Shown in pieces: positions 39,601 through 52,300 of a DNA stretch of 64,000 bases. The notes beneath the pieces are model-generated. The model searched no databases. It was not told the origin of the DNA and saw nothing but the letters and a program-made list of their open reading frames with translations. This DNA is from Guillardia theta CCMP2712. Its lineage: Eukaryota > Protista > Cryptophyta. The position numbers and the translations under genes were made by a program. The stretch covers positions 680,738 to 744,737 of the forward strand of contig NW_005434660.1 in the NCBI RefSeq assembly GCF_000315625.1, in the 5' to 3' direction. Positions within the stretch are counted from its first letter, which is position 1, and each line of letters starts with the position of its first letter.

Positions 39601-42600
39601 GGTAAGAAAGTTTGCTGTCTCCGACTCCCACTGAAGAAACGAGCTAGAGTGTTTTGGACCTCAATGGTACTGCACTTCACTTTTCGCCTGATCACAACTT
39701 GAAAAGCTCGCGAAAGGTTTTCAGTTCTTTGGTTTCCCTGTTCAAAATTCACCTCTTCCTAGGCAAAAGTTTTATCGCCTTTTGGTGAAATTGAGGCCAG
39801 TTCTTCATCGCCAAGCACTCGTGACGTCACACGAAGGGTGAGATGACGGCAATACCATTGAAGTTGGCTTACTTGACTGCAGGATACAAATGATGATATT
39901 CAGAATAAGATCAAATTTCAAGAATTTTTACAAACGCTGAAAGCCGGGATGCAGGTCGAAGTCAAGATTGACAATGACAACAGGACAAGACACTCTAAAT
40001 GGAAAGTTGCAACAATCAAATTCATAAGTCATGCAAAACAGTATTTCAAGATTGAACTTGGGCCTGAAGATGGAGAGGCAATTGAGAAATATTATTTCTC
40101 CGAAGAAGGGACTCGGTGGAGAACGGTGGCCGTTGCCAAGAAAGAATCCGAGATTCAGACCTCAGTGCAAAGGTCAGGTGCCGCAAGGAAGAGGCAGGTG
40201 CCGTCAGTCGGGGCTGTGGTGGAGATTTTATTCAGTGATAACAAGTGGTATCGGGGTAAGGTAGTCTCAGAAGAACCAGGTGGCCTGTGGAGAGTTTGCT
40301 TCGAAGATGGGGACGAAGACACCTTTCAGTGGCCCGATCCGGAAGTCAGGATCATTTGCAAGAGCAGGAAAAGTCGAAGTGTGGGAAATGATCAAGAACT
40401 CAGCATGCAAGTAACAGAGATAAGAGTTGGTACACTCGTCAAGGTGAATTTTGCAGAACTTGCAAGATGATACCTGTTTGTCTTAGTTTGACCATCTTGT
40501 CAGGTACTATTTGATGACGGTGTACGGTACATCGGAACAGTTGTCACCAGGAACTGGCAAACCAATGAGATCACGGTAATCTTTGAAGATGGCGAGAAGC
40601 ACGAGATCGAGTTGCCTTGTGCTGACATTCAGATCGCCTCGCACGCGAAAGAGCTGGAGGAATTTCAGGCTAGCATGGACCCAGATTCATCGGAAGGAAA
40701 TGCTCCCTGGTGGTTCAGCTACCCTCGAAGACATGTACTGGAAGTGCAGTCGGAGGACGATATTTGCCCCTGGAAGAGTGTGGTGATTAGACCTCCGAGA
40801 AAGCAGAGAAGAGCTCGGGTATCGGCTGCAAGATCCAGAGGTGATACCAACCAGTCACAACAGACGCAGGAGGCAACAAGTGCTGAAAATACTCCTGATG
40901 CTTCGGCGCTCCGAAAGATTGGAAGAAAGAAAAGGCTCGAGAGTAGAGATGAATTGGAGAATGCAGAAGGAAAGTCAGGACAGCGGAGGAGCATTTCTTC
41001 GTATCAAGGGGATGCTGATGCTGGGCGAGGCAGTGAACGTAAAAAGGAAGATAGGAAGAAAGAGAAGGAAGAGAAGCGAAAAGACAAAGAAGCAGGAACC
41101 AAGAAACCCCAAAAGAAAAAGGATCCGAGCATGCAAGTTGAGAAGCAGCTGGAGACTTTCCTCAATCAATCATCTAAAAGATCCGGTGCTCCACGTGAGC
41201 TCGAGAAGTTGTTCCTCCAAGAAACACCCTCAAAGCTTCAAGAAGATGAAGACACATCTGACTTTGTGGATGCTCTTTGCCTGTACATGCCGCCGACCGA
41301 CCTGCTGAACACCAAAGACTTCTGCTTGATTTGCGGCAGCTCGTCAGACCGAGACGACTTTCTATTCTGCAGGGATTGTGGAGACTCATTCCACAAGTAC
41401 TGTTTCGACCTCACCTTGAAGATTCCCCCAGAGAAGCGGAACATGTGGAGATGTCCGGCTTGTAGGATCTGCGAGGTGTGCAAAGGCGAGGAGAACTGGG
41501 ACGAGATGCTCTGCTGTGATGAGTGCGACAGAGGGTTCCACATCTACTGCTTGAGGCCTCCTCTGAAGCAGATCCCAGCGGAGGGCTGGAGGTGCAGCGA
41601 GTGTGTCCGTTGCCTGAGCTGTGGCTCCAAGACCCCCGGGCCCAAGGGGAGCGATCGGTGGCGAAAGGACTACACCTTGTGCAGTTCGTGCTGGGTGGAG
41701 TATGAGAAGAAGAACTACTGCCCGATCTGCAAAGTCGTCACCTCCTCCAAGGACATCAAGATGGTCAACTGTGACTCGTGCCAGATGTGGGTGCACGTAA
41801 CGTGCGGTGGGATCGACAATGCGACGTACAACAAGATGGCTGAGGCCGAAGAAGATGTGCCATGGGACTGCCCGCGGTGTCGAGGAGAAATCGAAGTGTC
41901 TGACGATGACATGGACGAGCGATATCCACTCCCTGGGCCTGCCAAGGTCATTCAAACCCAGCAGAATCTGGAGGAATTTTGCACTGCCAAGGTGAAGGAA
42001 CTGAGCAAACTGTGCGAGGCCGTTGAGCAATCCTTTCGAGCTGGTGACGCTAAGGAGGGTCAGCAAGAGCAGGAAGGGGATGGCACACCAGATGCCAAGA
42101 CACAAGGAGCTGAGAAGAATGGGGATGCAAAGATGTCAGAAGCCGACAAGGATGATGATGTTAAGATGTCAGAAACTGAGAAGGAAGACTTCCAGGTTGG
42201 TCAAGCTGAGGACAAAGATAACTCGAAGACGTCAGAAGTTGAGGAGAAAGACGATACAGAGATGTCAGAAAATAAGAAGAAAGATGTTTCAGACATGTCA
42301 GAAGATAAGAAGAAAGATGTTTCAGAGATGTCAGAAGATCAGAAGAAAGAGGATACACAGATGTCAGAAGATCAGAAGACAGAGGATCCGAAGACGTCAG
42401 AAGCTGAGAACAAGGCCGAGGATGTCTCCCCACCGGAGACGACTGCTCGAACTAACGGTGATCAGATGGAAATCACCGAGGTCATAAAGGATGACGAGAA
42501 GATTTCACAAGGAGAATCTGTTGAGAGAGTGGAGTCGACCGATGACGTGACGCCGAAATCTCAGAGCAAAGAATCTCAAGATTCTCCCGCACCTGTTGCT

Positions 42601-44771
42601 GAACCTGCCTCTAAGGCACCGGAAACAAATGGTGTGTCTCAGCAATGTAACGGAAGCGAGGGCCACGTAACGGTCAAAGAGCTGACACAATCGCCGTGCC
42701 CAAGTACGGAGCTCCGAGGCGACAGAGAAGTGAAGTTCGATGCTCCGAGACTTGACGCTACGATGCCGCGAGACGAGGATCGACGCCTTGAAGCGACTGC
42801 CCCGCCTCAGAATGTCACGGTGTCTCCTCAGCCGCCGCCGGTGGGAGTTCAAGGCAGCAACAGGATCCCAGCACAGGGCGAGGCGTCGAAACAAGAGGAT
42901 AGCAATGAAGACCAAGTGAATGAGTCGGCGTCATCCCCCAATTTGACCGAGAACCCACAAAAGTTTCAACCGTCGGGTGATCAAATGTTGAAAAGCTCCC
43001 AGGAATCAGCCGAAACCAGTCAAATCAAGGATGACCCAGCAGGAATTGAGGAAAAGCAAAATCAAGATCAAGATGCGTTGCCAGTGGCCGATGAGCAGGA
43101 CGAGACGGAACGTGAAAGCAAGGGCAGCATGATGGAGGTGGATGATAATGACGATCAGCTGCTGCGACGGCAGAAAATTGTAGCTATCGGGCAGATCAAG
43201 AGAGAGTTACACCGATTGGAAAGGAACATTGACCGGCATAAGTATCTGAATTTGATGGATTTCTATGGCGACGTCCAGCTAGCTCTGAACAAGTCAAAGA
43301 TGCCTGCGTCTATCGAGAAGTGGATCGCAGAACTGCGGTCAAAGGCTGACGAGGCCATGCAGGATGCGGCTAGGAGGAGCGCAGCATCGATAAAAGAGCA
43401 ATTTTCCCCGCAGATCTTGAACAAGAATCGGGTTTGGGCGGTAGAATTGCCTGCGTTTCAGCTCTCCGAGTTTGGTTCAGGAAGCCCGAATGAAATGTAC
43501 GGACAAGACTCTGCGTCCAAGCGCCTGTACAGGACTAAGAAAGGCATGGATGTTGAATTCAATGCCGGAAACGCTTCGAACAAGAACCTTGAATTCAAAT
43601 GTAGACTCTTTGCGACGCGGGTGAGGTTGAGTTTGGGGGCAGAGTCAAATGTCTACCAGCAAGTTCTTCAGGTCTGTGACACAGTAGACTGGAATATTAT
43701 CACTGTCGAGAAATTGTTCGCCGTTCTCAAACAGATTCTTTGCCGGAACATCGACCTGCTCAAGTTGTTTCAAAGCATCATGGTCTCCAGGTGTTTCGAG
43801 ATGCAACCTTCATCGCAGGGCTACACTCCACTCAAAAGATCACAACAAGAGCAAGCCATGCAGTTTTGTACCGAGGTGCAGAAGCTGTATGGGAAGCATT
43901 CCGATGTCTACCGTCAGTTCTTGCAGATCATGCACAACTATGCCGAGCAGGGTCGAAACACAGGCAGGACGGTACAAGAAATCCGCGCGCTGTTCTACGA
44001 CCAGCCAAGTCTGATCTACGGTTTCAGAGAGTTTTTGCCTGCTCCGTTTCAAGGGCAATGCCTTCCAGTCTGTTTTCTTGACAAGACACAAAAAACTGCG
44101 GACAAAGCCAGCGCTGCTGCCAAGACTGCCAAACCTGCAGGTGTCGCAGCAGGGTCTATCCCTTCGCAACACAGTCAACCCGCTCCTCCTCAGCACAGTC
44201 AGCATGTTTCATCGATGGCCCAAGATCAGCCTCAACGAACGCCTTTCGCAAGAATTGAGCAGCGAGGTCATGTGCAAGCGGGAAGGCCCGGCAGTGCATC
44301 GTTCACTGGAGGCGCGTTCGCCCCTCATACCCATACTCAATATCATCCCAGCTCGCAAGTGTACGGCATGAAGCAAGGAGATCAGTTCTTGGGAACAGCC
44401 TCGGCGAGCTCAGGGCCGATGAAAAGCTTTGGTAGTCAACCTTCGACCCAGACCGCGACATTTCCCCAGAATACTGCCTGTTCACCGTATGGCGCCAGAC
44501 CTACCAGCTTACCCAACATGAACTCCAACATGAACGCCAGCAATGCTTTCAAGACAAACATGGGACCAGCACAGAATGTAGCGCTGAACAGCATGCAGCA
44601 AGGGGTAAGGAGATAGCTATGTGTTCTCTCTGGGTTCTTCTGACTTGTTATAGCAGACTGCTTTCTCCAGTGCGAGCCAGCAGCAGGCTGGAGGTTGGGC
44701 TCCCAGCAATCCACATCGAGAGCCACCTAGTCACGAGCAAATGTCGAGACAGCAGCAGCAGCAGCAGCAGC

Positions 44772-44807
<36 letters not shown>

Positions 44808-44852
44808 TCCAGCAGCAGCAGCAGCAGCAGCTCCAGCAGCAGCAGCAGCAGC

Positions 44853-44888
<36 letters not shown>

Positions 44889-44903
44889 TCCAGCAGCAGC
44901 AGC

Positions 44904-44934
<31 letters not shown>

Positions 44935-44948
44935 TCTCCAGTATCAGC

Positions 44949-44982
<34 letters not shown>

Positions 44983-47900
44983 ATCAGGACTTTCGAAAGG
45001 GACGAATCCGCTGCTCAGTCAGACAAGCAGCGGCCATCAGGGTCAGGCGGGCTTGCTTGACCAGTCCCAACAGAGGTTTCAACTCCGCGCTGATCAGAGT
45101 GCGCTGGATAGGCAGACCAGCGCCTTCGGCCTCGCTAAGAGACCTTCTGCTGCCGCTGACTCTACATGGCTCCTCAAGGGTCAGGACAACCGAATGGTGC
45201 CCAGCCCGGTCTCACTGGAGCAGCAGCGAGTGCCGCTATCGTCACAGGGTGAGCTGATTGATCGGAACACTCTCAACCTGACTTGCATGAGCAGGAGCCA
45301 TGTCAGTGAACAAGTCTCCTGCCCCCGTTGTCTCGCCCGCCTCCATATCGAGTCGCGTTGGGCCCGCTTTCACTAACGTAGGCCACCAGAATGGGGTCGC
45401 CAACGTTCAGATGGCGGCGAACTCTCTGCTTGCGAAGCAGCAGCTCTCTTACTCGGACGCGGCGTCAGGGAACTTCGTTGCAGCAGCTCGTCCGGCAGAC
45501 AACTTGAGCATGATCAACGCAACTAGAGATACGGGGGCTGTGAAGGACCAAAACCAACCCAACCTAGTGTTCGAGTCGATTCCACAAGTCGACGGGTGCG
45601 ATCTGGACGATCAAGCTTCTCAAAGCTCTATGGACGAAACCGGCACAAGCAGCTTCAAACCGAGCCCCAGCAACTTTTCTACCTTGGTCTCGCATCAGCC
45701 CATGGCGCAGCAGCTCAACGGGCCGATGATGATGGCACACCAGACACAAGCTTTGCACACTCTATTGCAGCAGAACTCCGTCTCTCGCCCCCTGCTGTCT
45801 CAGACGTCGATCTCTCATCCGTCCTCCTTCCCCATGAACAGCTTGCAGCTGCAGACCTCGTTCTCCTCGGAGCTCCTGGCGTCAAAGCTGTCTCACATGA
45901 GTGCTCCGATGGTTTCTCTGCCGCAAGTTTCTCTCCCTGCTTCCCTCTCGCACATTGCGACGCCACATTCGTCCATGCCCCTTCTTGCAAGGCCACAGAC
46001 GTCAGCATCTTCGGCGCTGGTCCTACAGACGGCACTGCCACAGCTTCAGTCTAGTCTGTCGCATCAGCAGCTGTCGCAGAACCTGCAGCTGGCACAGCAT
46101 CATGCCGTCGGACAGCAGCGATCCATGGTTGGGGTGTCCCTCACGTCTTCTTACGATTCATCACTCAGACGTGAAGCCCCAGCGCTTGCACCAACAGCAT
46201 CACCAGCTCCAGCTCCAGCTCCAGCTCCAGCTCCAGCTCCAGCTCCAACAGAGGAGGCATCTTCAGCCCCAACTGCTGGGGTCCCAGCTCAACCTCAGCA
46301 GGAACCGACAGCGCAGGAGGCTGCCTACGACTCCCCGAGAATGAGCTCGGAACGAACAAGGACAGAAAATGTACGTAACCGCCCGCTGCAATCGGAGAGA
46401 GCGGCTGCTCTGGCTTCGACCCGGGCCAGGAAGGAGAGTCCTCCTCCCCCGCACAACAAGCGCATCATCCGCGACGCTGTGATAGCTGGGGTGTCGGTGA
46501 AGAGTGAGGAGGTCAGGGCGATTGTCGATGAGCTGGGAGGGATGGGAATTTGCAACGAGCAGAGGCTGTGGCCTCAGGTGGCCAACAGGCTCAACATCGA
46601 CAGGCAACGGTGTCACTCCTACTGCGCGAAGCTTCGAGGTCTGTACCTGGGATACAGCATGGAGCCTCCGAGGATCAGGAGCCGCCCCGAGACGAGGAAC
46701 AGAGATACGGGAACGCCCGTGCATGGCAGGAAGGCGGGGCCGTCGATCAGCAAGCTTGTGAAGCAAGATCTGAACCTGAACGCTGAGGGAGGAGGAGACG
46801 TGAAAGCTGCACAGCCGAGCTCCGATGTCATCGGGACCCTCAAGACGGTCAGGGTGGACCGAGAGCCCTACGATTTCTTTATTCCCATCAAGGTTGGGAC
46901 CAGCAACCGCTCCAAGTCGCTGCTGACGGCGAAGCCTCGGCTGCAACGGGCGGCCACCATGGCTCAGGCGCTCTGGGTTGAGAGCATCTTCGAGGCTGTG
47001 TCAAAGACGGAGGCGGCGCGGACGCGATGGCAGGAGAGGAACAAGAAGAAGGCCAAGGTGAGAGGATGGGACCTCAAGACTCTTGGCAGGCAGATCGAGA
47101 GCTGCTCCATCGCCCTCGGCATCCTGAAGCTCTCCAATGGAAAGCTGCAGTACCTGGGTGGCCACAGCCGAATCGCCTCCATCGAGTCCGTGCTGCCGAG
47201 TGGGCTGACGAGCCTGGAGGAGCACGAGGTGCGACGAGCTCTTATGCAGGTGAGCCCCAGCGCGTGTGGGCGCGACCCTCGAATCTGCTCGCTGTGCAAG
47301 ATCAACGGAGACTGTGTGGTGCAAGGGCGACTCATCTACGTTGAGGTCGGCGTGTGGGCGCACGTGAACTGCCTGTGCTGGTCCAAGGGGATCTACGAGG
47401 TCCCGGTCAGGCGCAACGTGGGCAAGATCAGCATGCTGTGCAAGGTGCACGATGTGATCAAGAAGTCCCGCAAGAATCGCTGCGACTTCTGCGGGTGCAT
47501 GGGGGCGACCGTTGAGTGCTCGTCAGTCAACTGCTGCTCGACGTCGCACTTCGGCTGCTCCGTGCTCAACGACTGGATGATGTTTGCGGAGCATCACGTG
47601 TTCTGTGCCAACTGCAAGGAGACGGAGGAGGTCCAGAAGCTGGGAGGGGCCGCCAACGCCTTCACTCCGCTGCACCTGAGCAAGCTCGGTGCTCGCCTCC
47701 TGCGGGTTATGCCTCGGACGAAGCCGAGGATGGAGGGGAGAGAGGCGGACAAGAAGAAGCTGATCCCCAAGAAGCGGAAGAACCCGGGAGAAGCTCCGGA
47801 AGGTCAGAAGAGCTCAGCCAAGAGCTTGACGTCGGAGGGAGAGAAGAGAAGTGGCGAACCCGGAGTGTGCGAGTCTCCTACGGCAGCCGCCGAGGACGTG

Positions 47901-49175
47901 AAGATGAAGGACGGAGAGGCTTTCAACGGCGGGGAAGGAGAGCGGCAGGGGACGGAGTCTTGCGGGCTGCCCTGCGTGAATGATCGGGAGTTTGACGAGG
48001 AGCTGGACGCGTACGAGAACAATCTCGTTACCAAGGTGGCGCAGGACCTGCAGCAGGGCAGCGTCATGGCTCGGGTGGGCTCGCTGACCGTCTACCGCCT
48101 GGGAAGGATCAAAGTTGACGACGACAACTTCCACTCGGAGCTCGCCATCTACCCCGTTGGCTACATGTCCACCCGACTCTTCTTCGCCCCCGGGGAGCTG
48201 CCGACCAAGGGCGGGCCGGCCGTGCGCCGGGTGCTCTACCGCTGTCAGATCCTCATGGACGAGGGGACCGGGAAACCCATGTTCTGCGTGTCGGTGAACG
48301 GGCTGACGTACAAGGCTGACAGCGCGTCGGTGGCGTGGGAGATGGCGACGAAGAGGAAGCTGAGGGAGAGGAAGAAGCTGAAGGTGCATGCCAACGAGGG
48401 TCAGTGCGACAACGTAACTGAGATGTTCATGGCGTGCTCCTACGCCATCGACGGTGACTACATGTTCGGCGTGACCGTCGGCCCCATCGCCATGGCGCTC
48501 GAGGCCCTGACGGAGTCGACGCTGCTCTTCAACTATCACTCTCGCTTCGGGATCTGGGGCAAGAACTACGTGCGGCTGAACCTTTCGGGGTGTGCGCGAG
48601 CCGAGCCGTTCAAGAGGAGGAAGAAGATGAGCACGGCAAAGGTCCTCCGGAACGCGGAGAACGAGGACGCGCGACCTGACGTCGCCAACGTGGGCAAGCC
48701 AGCCAAGGAGGAGGAGAGGAGTATCAAGGCCAAGTACTTGCAGCTGAGGAGCGAGCCGAGGACGGTGGTGAGAAGGAGCCCCATCCACAACCTCGGGTTG
48801 TTCGCTACGAGGAGGATCGACCGCAACGACATGGTGATCGAGTACGTCGGGGAGCTGATCCGACCCATCGTAGGCGACATTCGAGACGACCTGGCGCTGG
48901 AGAAGGGAAAGAGCACGTACATGTTTCGGCTCGACGACAACTACATCGTCGACGCCATGTTCGCGGGCAACGCGTCGCGCTTCATCAACCACTGCTGCGA
49001 CCCCAACTGCTACTGCCAGGTGGTGACTGTGGATGGAGTGAAGCATATCGTGCTGTTTGCCATGCGGGACATAGAGGCGGACGAGGAGATCACCTACGAC
49101 TACAAGCTCCCGATCGAAGAGGTCAAGGTCATCTGCCATTGCGGTTCCGCCAAGTGCCGCGGATACATGAACTAA
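36688..49175 (+). CDS. Trithorax/MLL (KMT2)-like histone H3K4 methyltransferase, about 3,900 aa, about 14 exons
   Basis: MLL1-type PHD1-3 cluster (41317-41880), ePHD (47271-47615), FYRN/FYRC, WIN motif GCARAEP, SET (RFINHCCDPNC, EEITYDY) and post-SET CHCGSAKCRGYMN. The N-terminal MBD-like/Tudor/ARID exons join in frame through canonical short introns. Confidence 0.9.
42125..42415 (+). repeat. Coding tandem repeat of about 33-36 bp (GATGTCAGAAGAT core; MSEDxKKxD peptides)
   Basis: About 8 imperfect copies visible in both DNA and protein. Confidence 0.85.
44750..44980 (+). repeat. Coding (CAG)n polyglutamine tract interrupted by CTC (Leu)
   Basis: Directly visible, in frame within the exon at about 44657-45248. 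Confidence 0.92.
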
Positions 49176-49317
49176 GAGCCCTTCTTGCCTCCCCCTCCTC
49201 CTCCTCCTTCCCCTCCTCCTTCCCCTCCTCCTTCCCCTTCCCCTTTGAGTTCGCTATGTCGCAAGTTGTTTTCGTCTGCTGTTGTCTTTCTATTCATTCT
49301 CTCAACATTAAAGTTGC

Positions 49318-52300
49318 TCAAGACGGTTGTCGCGCCTGCCGAAAAGTTTCAACCTTACGTTTGACCTCCCCTCCCTCCCCTCCCTCTTGAATCTGCTCCC
49401 TCCCTCCAAGTCTCCCGCTCTCACTCACCTCAGGAGGCCTCGAGTCGGGGAACCTCCATACGCCATTTCCGACAAGAGTCTCGTGGTTAGGCCGCCTGTC
49501 GACCAGCTCAGCTCTCGATCCCAAAGTAGGAGGGAGAAGAAGATAAAGGAGAAGAGGGAGGAAGGAGGAGGGAGGAAGGAGGAGGGAGGAGGGAGGAGGG
49601 AAGGACTCACAGTTGTCGCCATATCCCCGTTGAGACCGGGTCCGAGTACCAGGCACCGTCCGCACCCAGCTGGCAGGGGACCATCTGCCCGCCGCTCCCC
49701 TCCCACTCGCACCACTGCGTCCTCCCCCGCTTGCGATATTTCCTGCCGTACACGGGCATTGTCGGCCACTTGACCTCCTCCTCGGACGAGCTGTCCTTCT
49801 TCTCCTCTTTCTTCTCCTCTTTCTCCTTCTCCTCCTCCTGCGCCTCCTGTGTGGCGTTCATCGGTGGATGCGAGCTTTCCCATTCCCGCGCGTATTTCTA
49901 CAAGATCACAGTCAGTGATGTGAGCAAGAGCAGGAGGAGTAGGAAGTAGAAGAGGAGGAGGAGGAGGAGGAAGAGAGACAGGAGCGAAAAGGAAACGAGT
50001 AGAGGAGGAGGAGGAGACCGACCTTGACGAGCTCGTCCACTTCCTGCTTGCTGGGCTGCTTGTAGGAGGAAGAGAAATCTTGACCGAAGAACCTCCTCGC
50101 GTCCGAGTCAGGGATGGTGACTCCGTAGATCATCGCCAGCTCTTGCTGCCTGCCCTTCATCTCCTTCTTCTCCTGACTCTTCTCCTCCCCGCTGTCCCAG
50201 AACGAGCCCTGCAAGAGCGTGAGGTGCCGGAGGAGGAGGAGGAGGAGGAGGAGGAGGAGGAGGAGGAGGAGGAGGAGGAGGAGGAGGAGGAGGAGGAGGA
50301 GGAGGAGGAGGAGGAGGAGGAGGAGGCATCGCTACCTTGTTTCCTCGCACGATGACTGGAGCAGTATCCGGATTGAACGCATCTCGCTCTTTCACCAGAT
50401 CTTCATGGCAGATCAGGGCAGCTGCCAGCCGAGCGAAGGAAGCAGGGAAAGGAGAGGCGACAGGAAAGAGAACAGGACACGGCAGGAGGGAGCAGGGGGC
50501 AGGCGACACAAGCAAGACGAGCAAGAGCAAGAGCAAGAGCAAGAGCAAGAGCAAGAGCAAGAGCAAGAGAAAGAGCAAGAGCAAGAGGAAGACAAAGAGG
50601 GACCAACCTGTCTCGTCCATGCAGTCGCCTGAGGCTCCTCCGCACGAGCTCTGCTTCTTCGCCTTGAGGTTCAGCACGGAGGTGTGAGCTCCGAGCTTCG
50701 CCTTGGTGAACTCTGAACCAGGTTGAGAAGCTGCTCAACACTATCACAAGGCCAACCTGGCGACCAGAAGGGATTTCCTCCCCGCTGCCCGCTCCAGGTT
50801 CCCAGCTTGCTGGGCTCAGGTATCCGCTGCTCGCCCTCCTCCTTCTGCAGGAGAAGATGAGGGCACAGTGGCTTGACAGAGGAAGAGGGGGGAGGGGGGG
50901 AGAAGCGGGAAGGGAGAGGAGGAGGTTGGGTCTCACATCCTTCTTGAAAGGATCCTGCCAGGTCTTCTGGCCCGTCTCGCGATTCTTCCAGAACTGCTCG
51001 CCCGAGGAAAGATCGATCTCCTTCTTCCAGTCGCACCCGGGAACCTGAGCAGCAGCTGAGACAGAGCTGGGCAGGGAGAGGCTCCTGCTACCTTTCCGAG
51101 GCCGTTGGTCTCCCGCGTGCACCTGGGAGGCAGCTGGGGTTTGAGCCACCTGATCTCGTTGGTCTCGTGGTTGAAAAAGAAGGTCGCGGGGCTGCCGTTA
51201 GCCGTGTTCGATCCGGAGGTCCAGAAGCTGCCGCGAGGGGCTCTGTCGACGAAGGTGCCCACGTCCTACGAGGAGAGAGACATAGAGAAATCAGACGATA
51301 AGGAGAAGACAAACGAAGAGCGGGTGTGAGGGGGAGGCGGGGGGGAAGAGCCGCACGGGGGAGGAGGGAGGAGGCTCAGCAACTACGCTGAAGGAGGAAG
51401 AAACTTTCTGACTCCAGCTAGGAGCAAGCAGACTCACCTTCCCGTGCAGATCTGCGTTGGCGTTGGGCAGAGGGGTCACGCCTTCCCCTTGCTGCCGTTG
51501 CACGCTCGCGTCAACTTTGAGCGGAGGCGTGTAGGCGTGCGGAGCTTCGGATCCCCCCGGATTGAACTGATCGATGGGGAGGGAGGAGCCGCGGGCGATG
51601 AGAAGGTCACCGAACGTCTCGATGTTTGCGGCCTTGCAGTCAAACCGCGTCCCCTTGTCGTCGGTCACCATGCAGTCCTCCTCGGAGACGCACTCCAGCC
51701 GGTCCGGGTCCTGCAGCTGCTTGATAAAACCGTTGAGCCTCTTGCATTCCGCCACGTAATCCGCCAGCTGGAACTGCTGGAGGGTCTGGTGGAGCGGGAA
51801 GCCGGTTGGCTCCTGGGGCTGTCTTGGCTTCTCAACCTTCCTCTTCCTCCATCCATACTGATCGACGATCCCTGAGCTCGCAGCAGACAGCTTCCTATAG
51901 CACGCCTTCTCCTCCTCGTTCCAGACTCTCCCCCGACGCTCGCACTCGACCCGCAGGTCGGACTTAACGAAGTCGAAGGGCCCGTGCGCAAGAGCTTTCA
52001 GGTGCGTCCTGATCTTGTTGCCCCACCTCACACACTCTCCGTGACGGGACATATGCGCCTTCCACTGATACTCCGGCCCCCTCGACAAGCAATCGGCCTT
52101 TAGGTCCACATAGTTCCACTCCAGCGGGTACGCGGGGAGTTTCTTGCTCCTCTTCCTCCTCGCCCTCCAGCCTCTCTGGTCTGCTCGGCCTGAGCTGTGG
52201 AGGAGAGAGACGCACCGACGTTTCTCCCCGTCCCACTTGAACTCGGAGATTCCTTTCCTGGCGTCCTGCTGGATTCGCAGGTGGCAAAGGTGCTCCACGT

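Noticed and set aside
42125-42415. Regularly spaced repeats of about 36 bp that superficially resemble a CRISPR array
   Set aside because: In-frame imperfect coding tandem repeats within a eukaryotic exon, with no unique spacers or cas genes.
47814-49139. 441-aa antisense ORF over the SET gene
   Set aside because: Shadow ORF caused by high GC3 codon bias in the sense gene.
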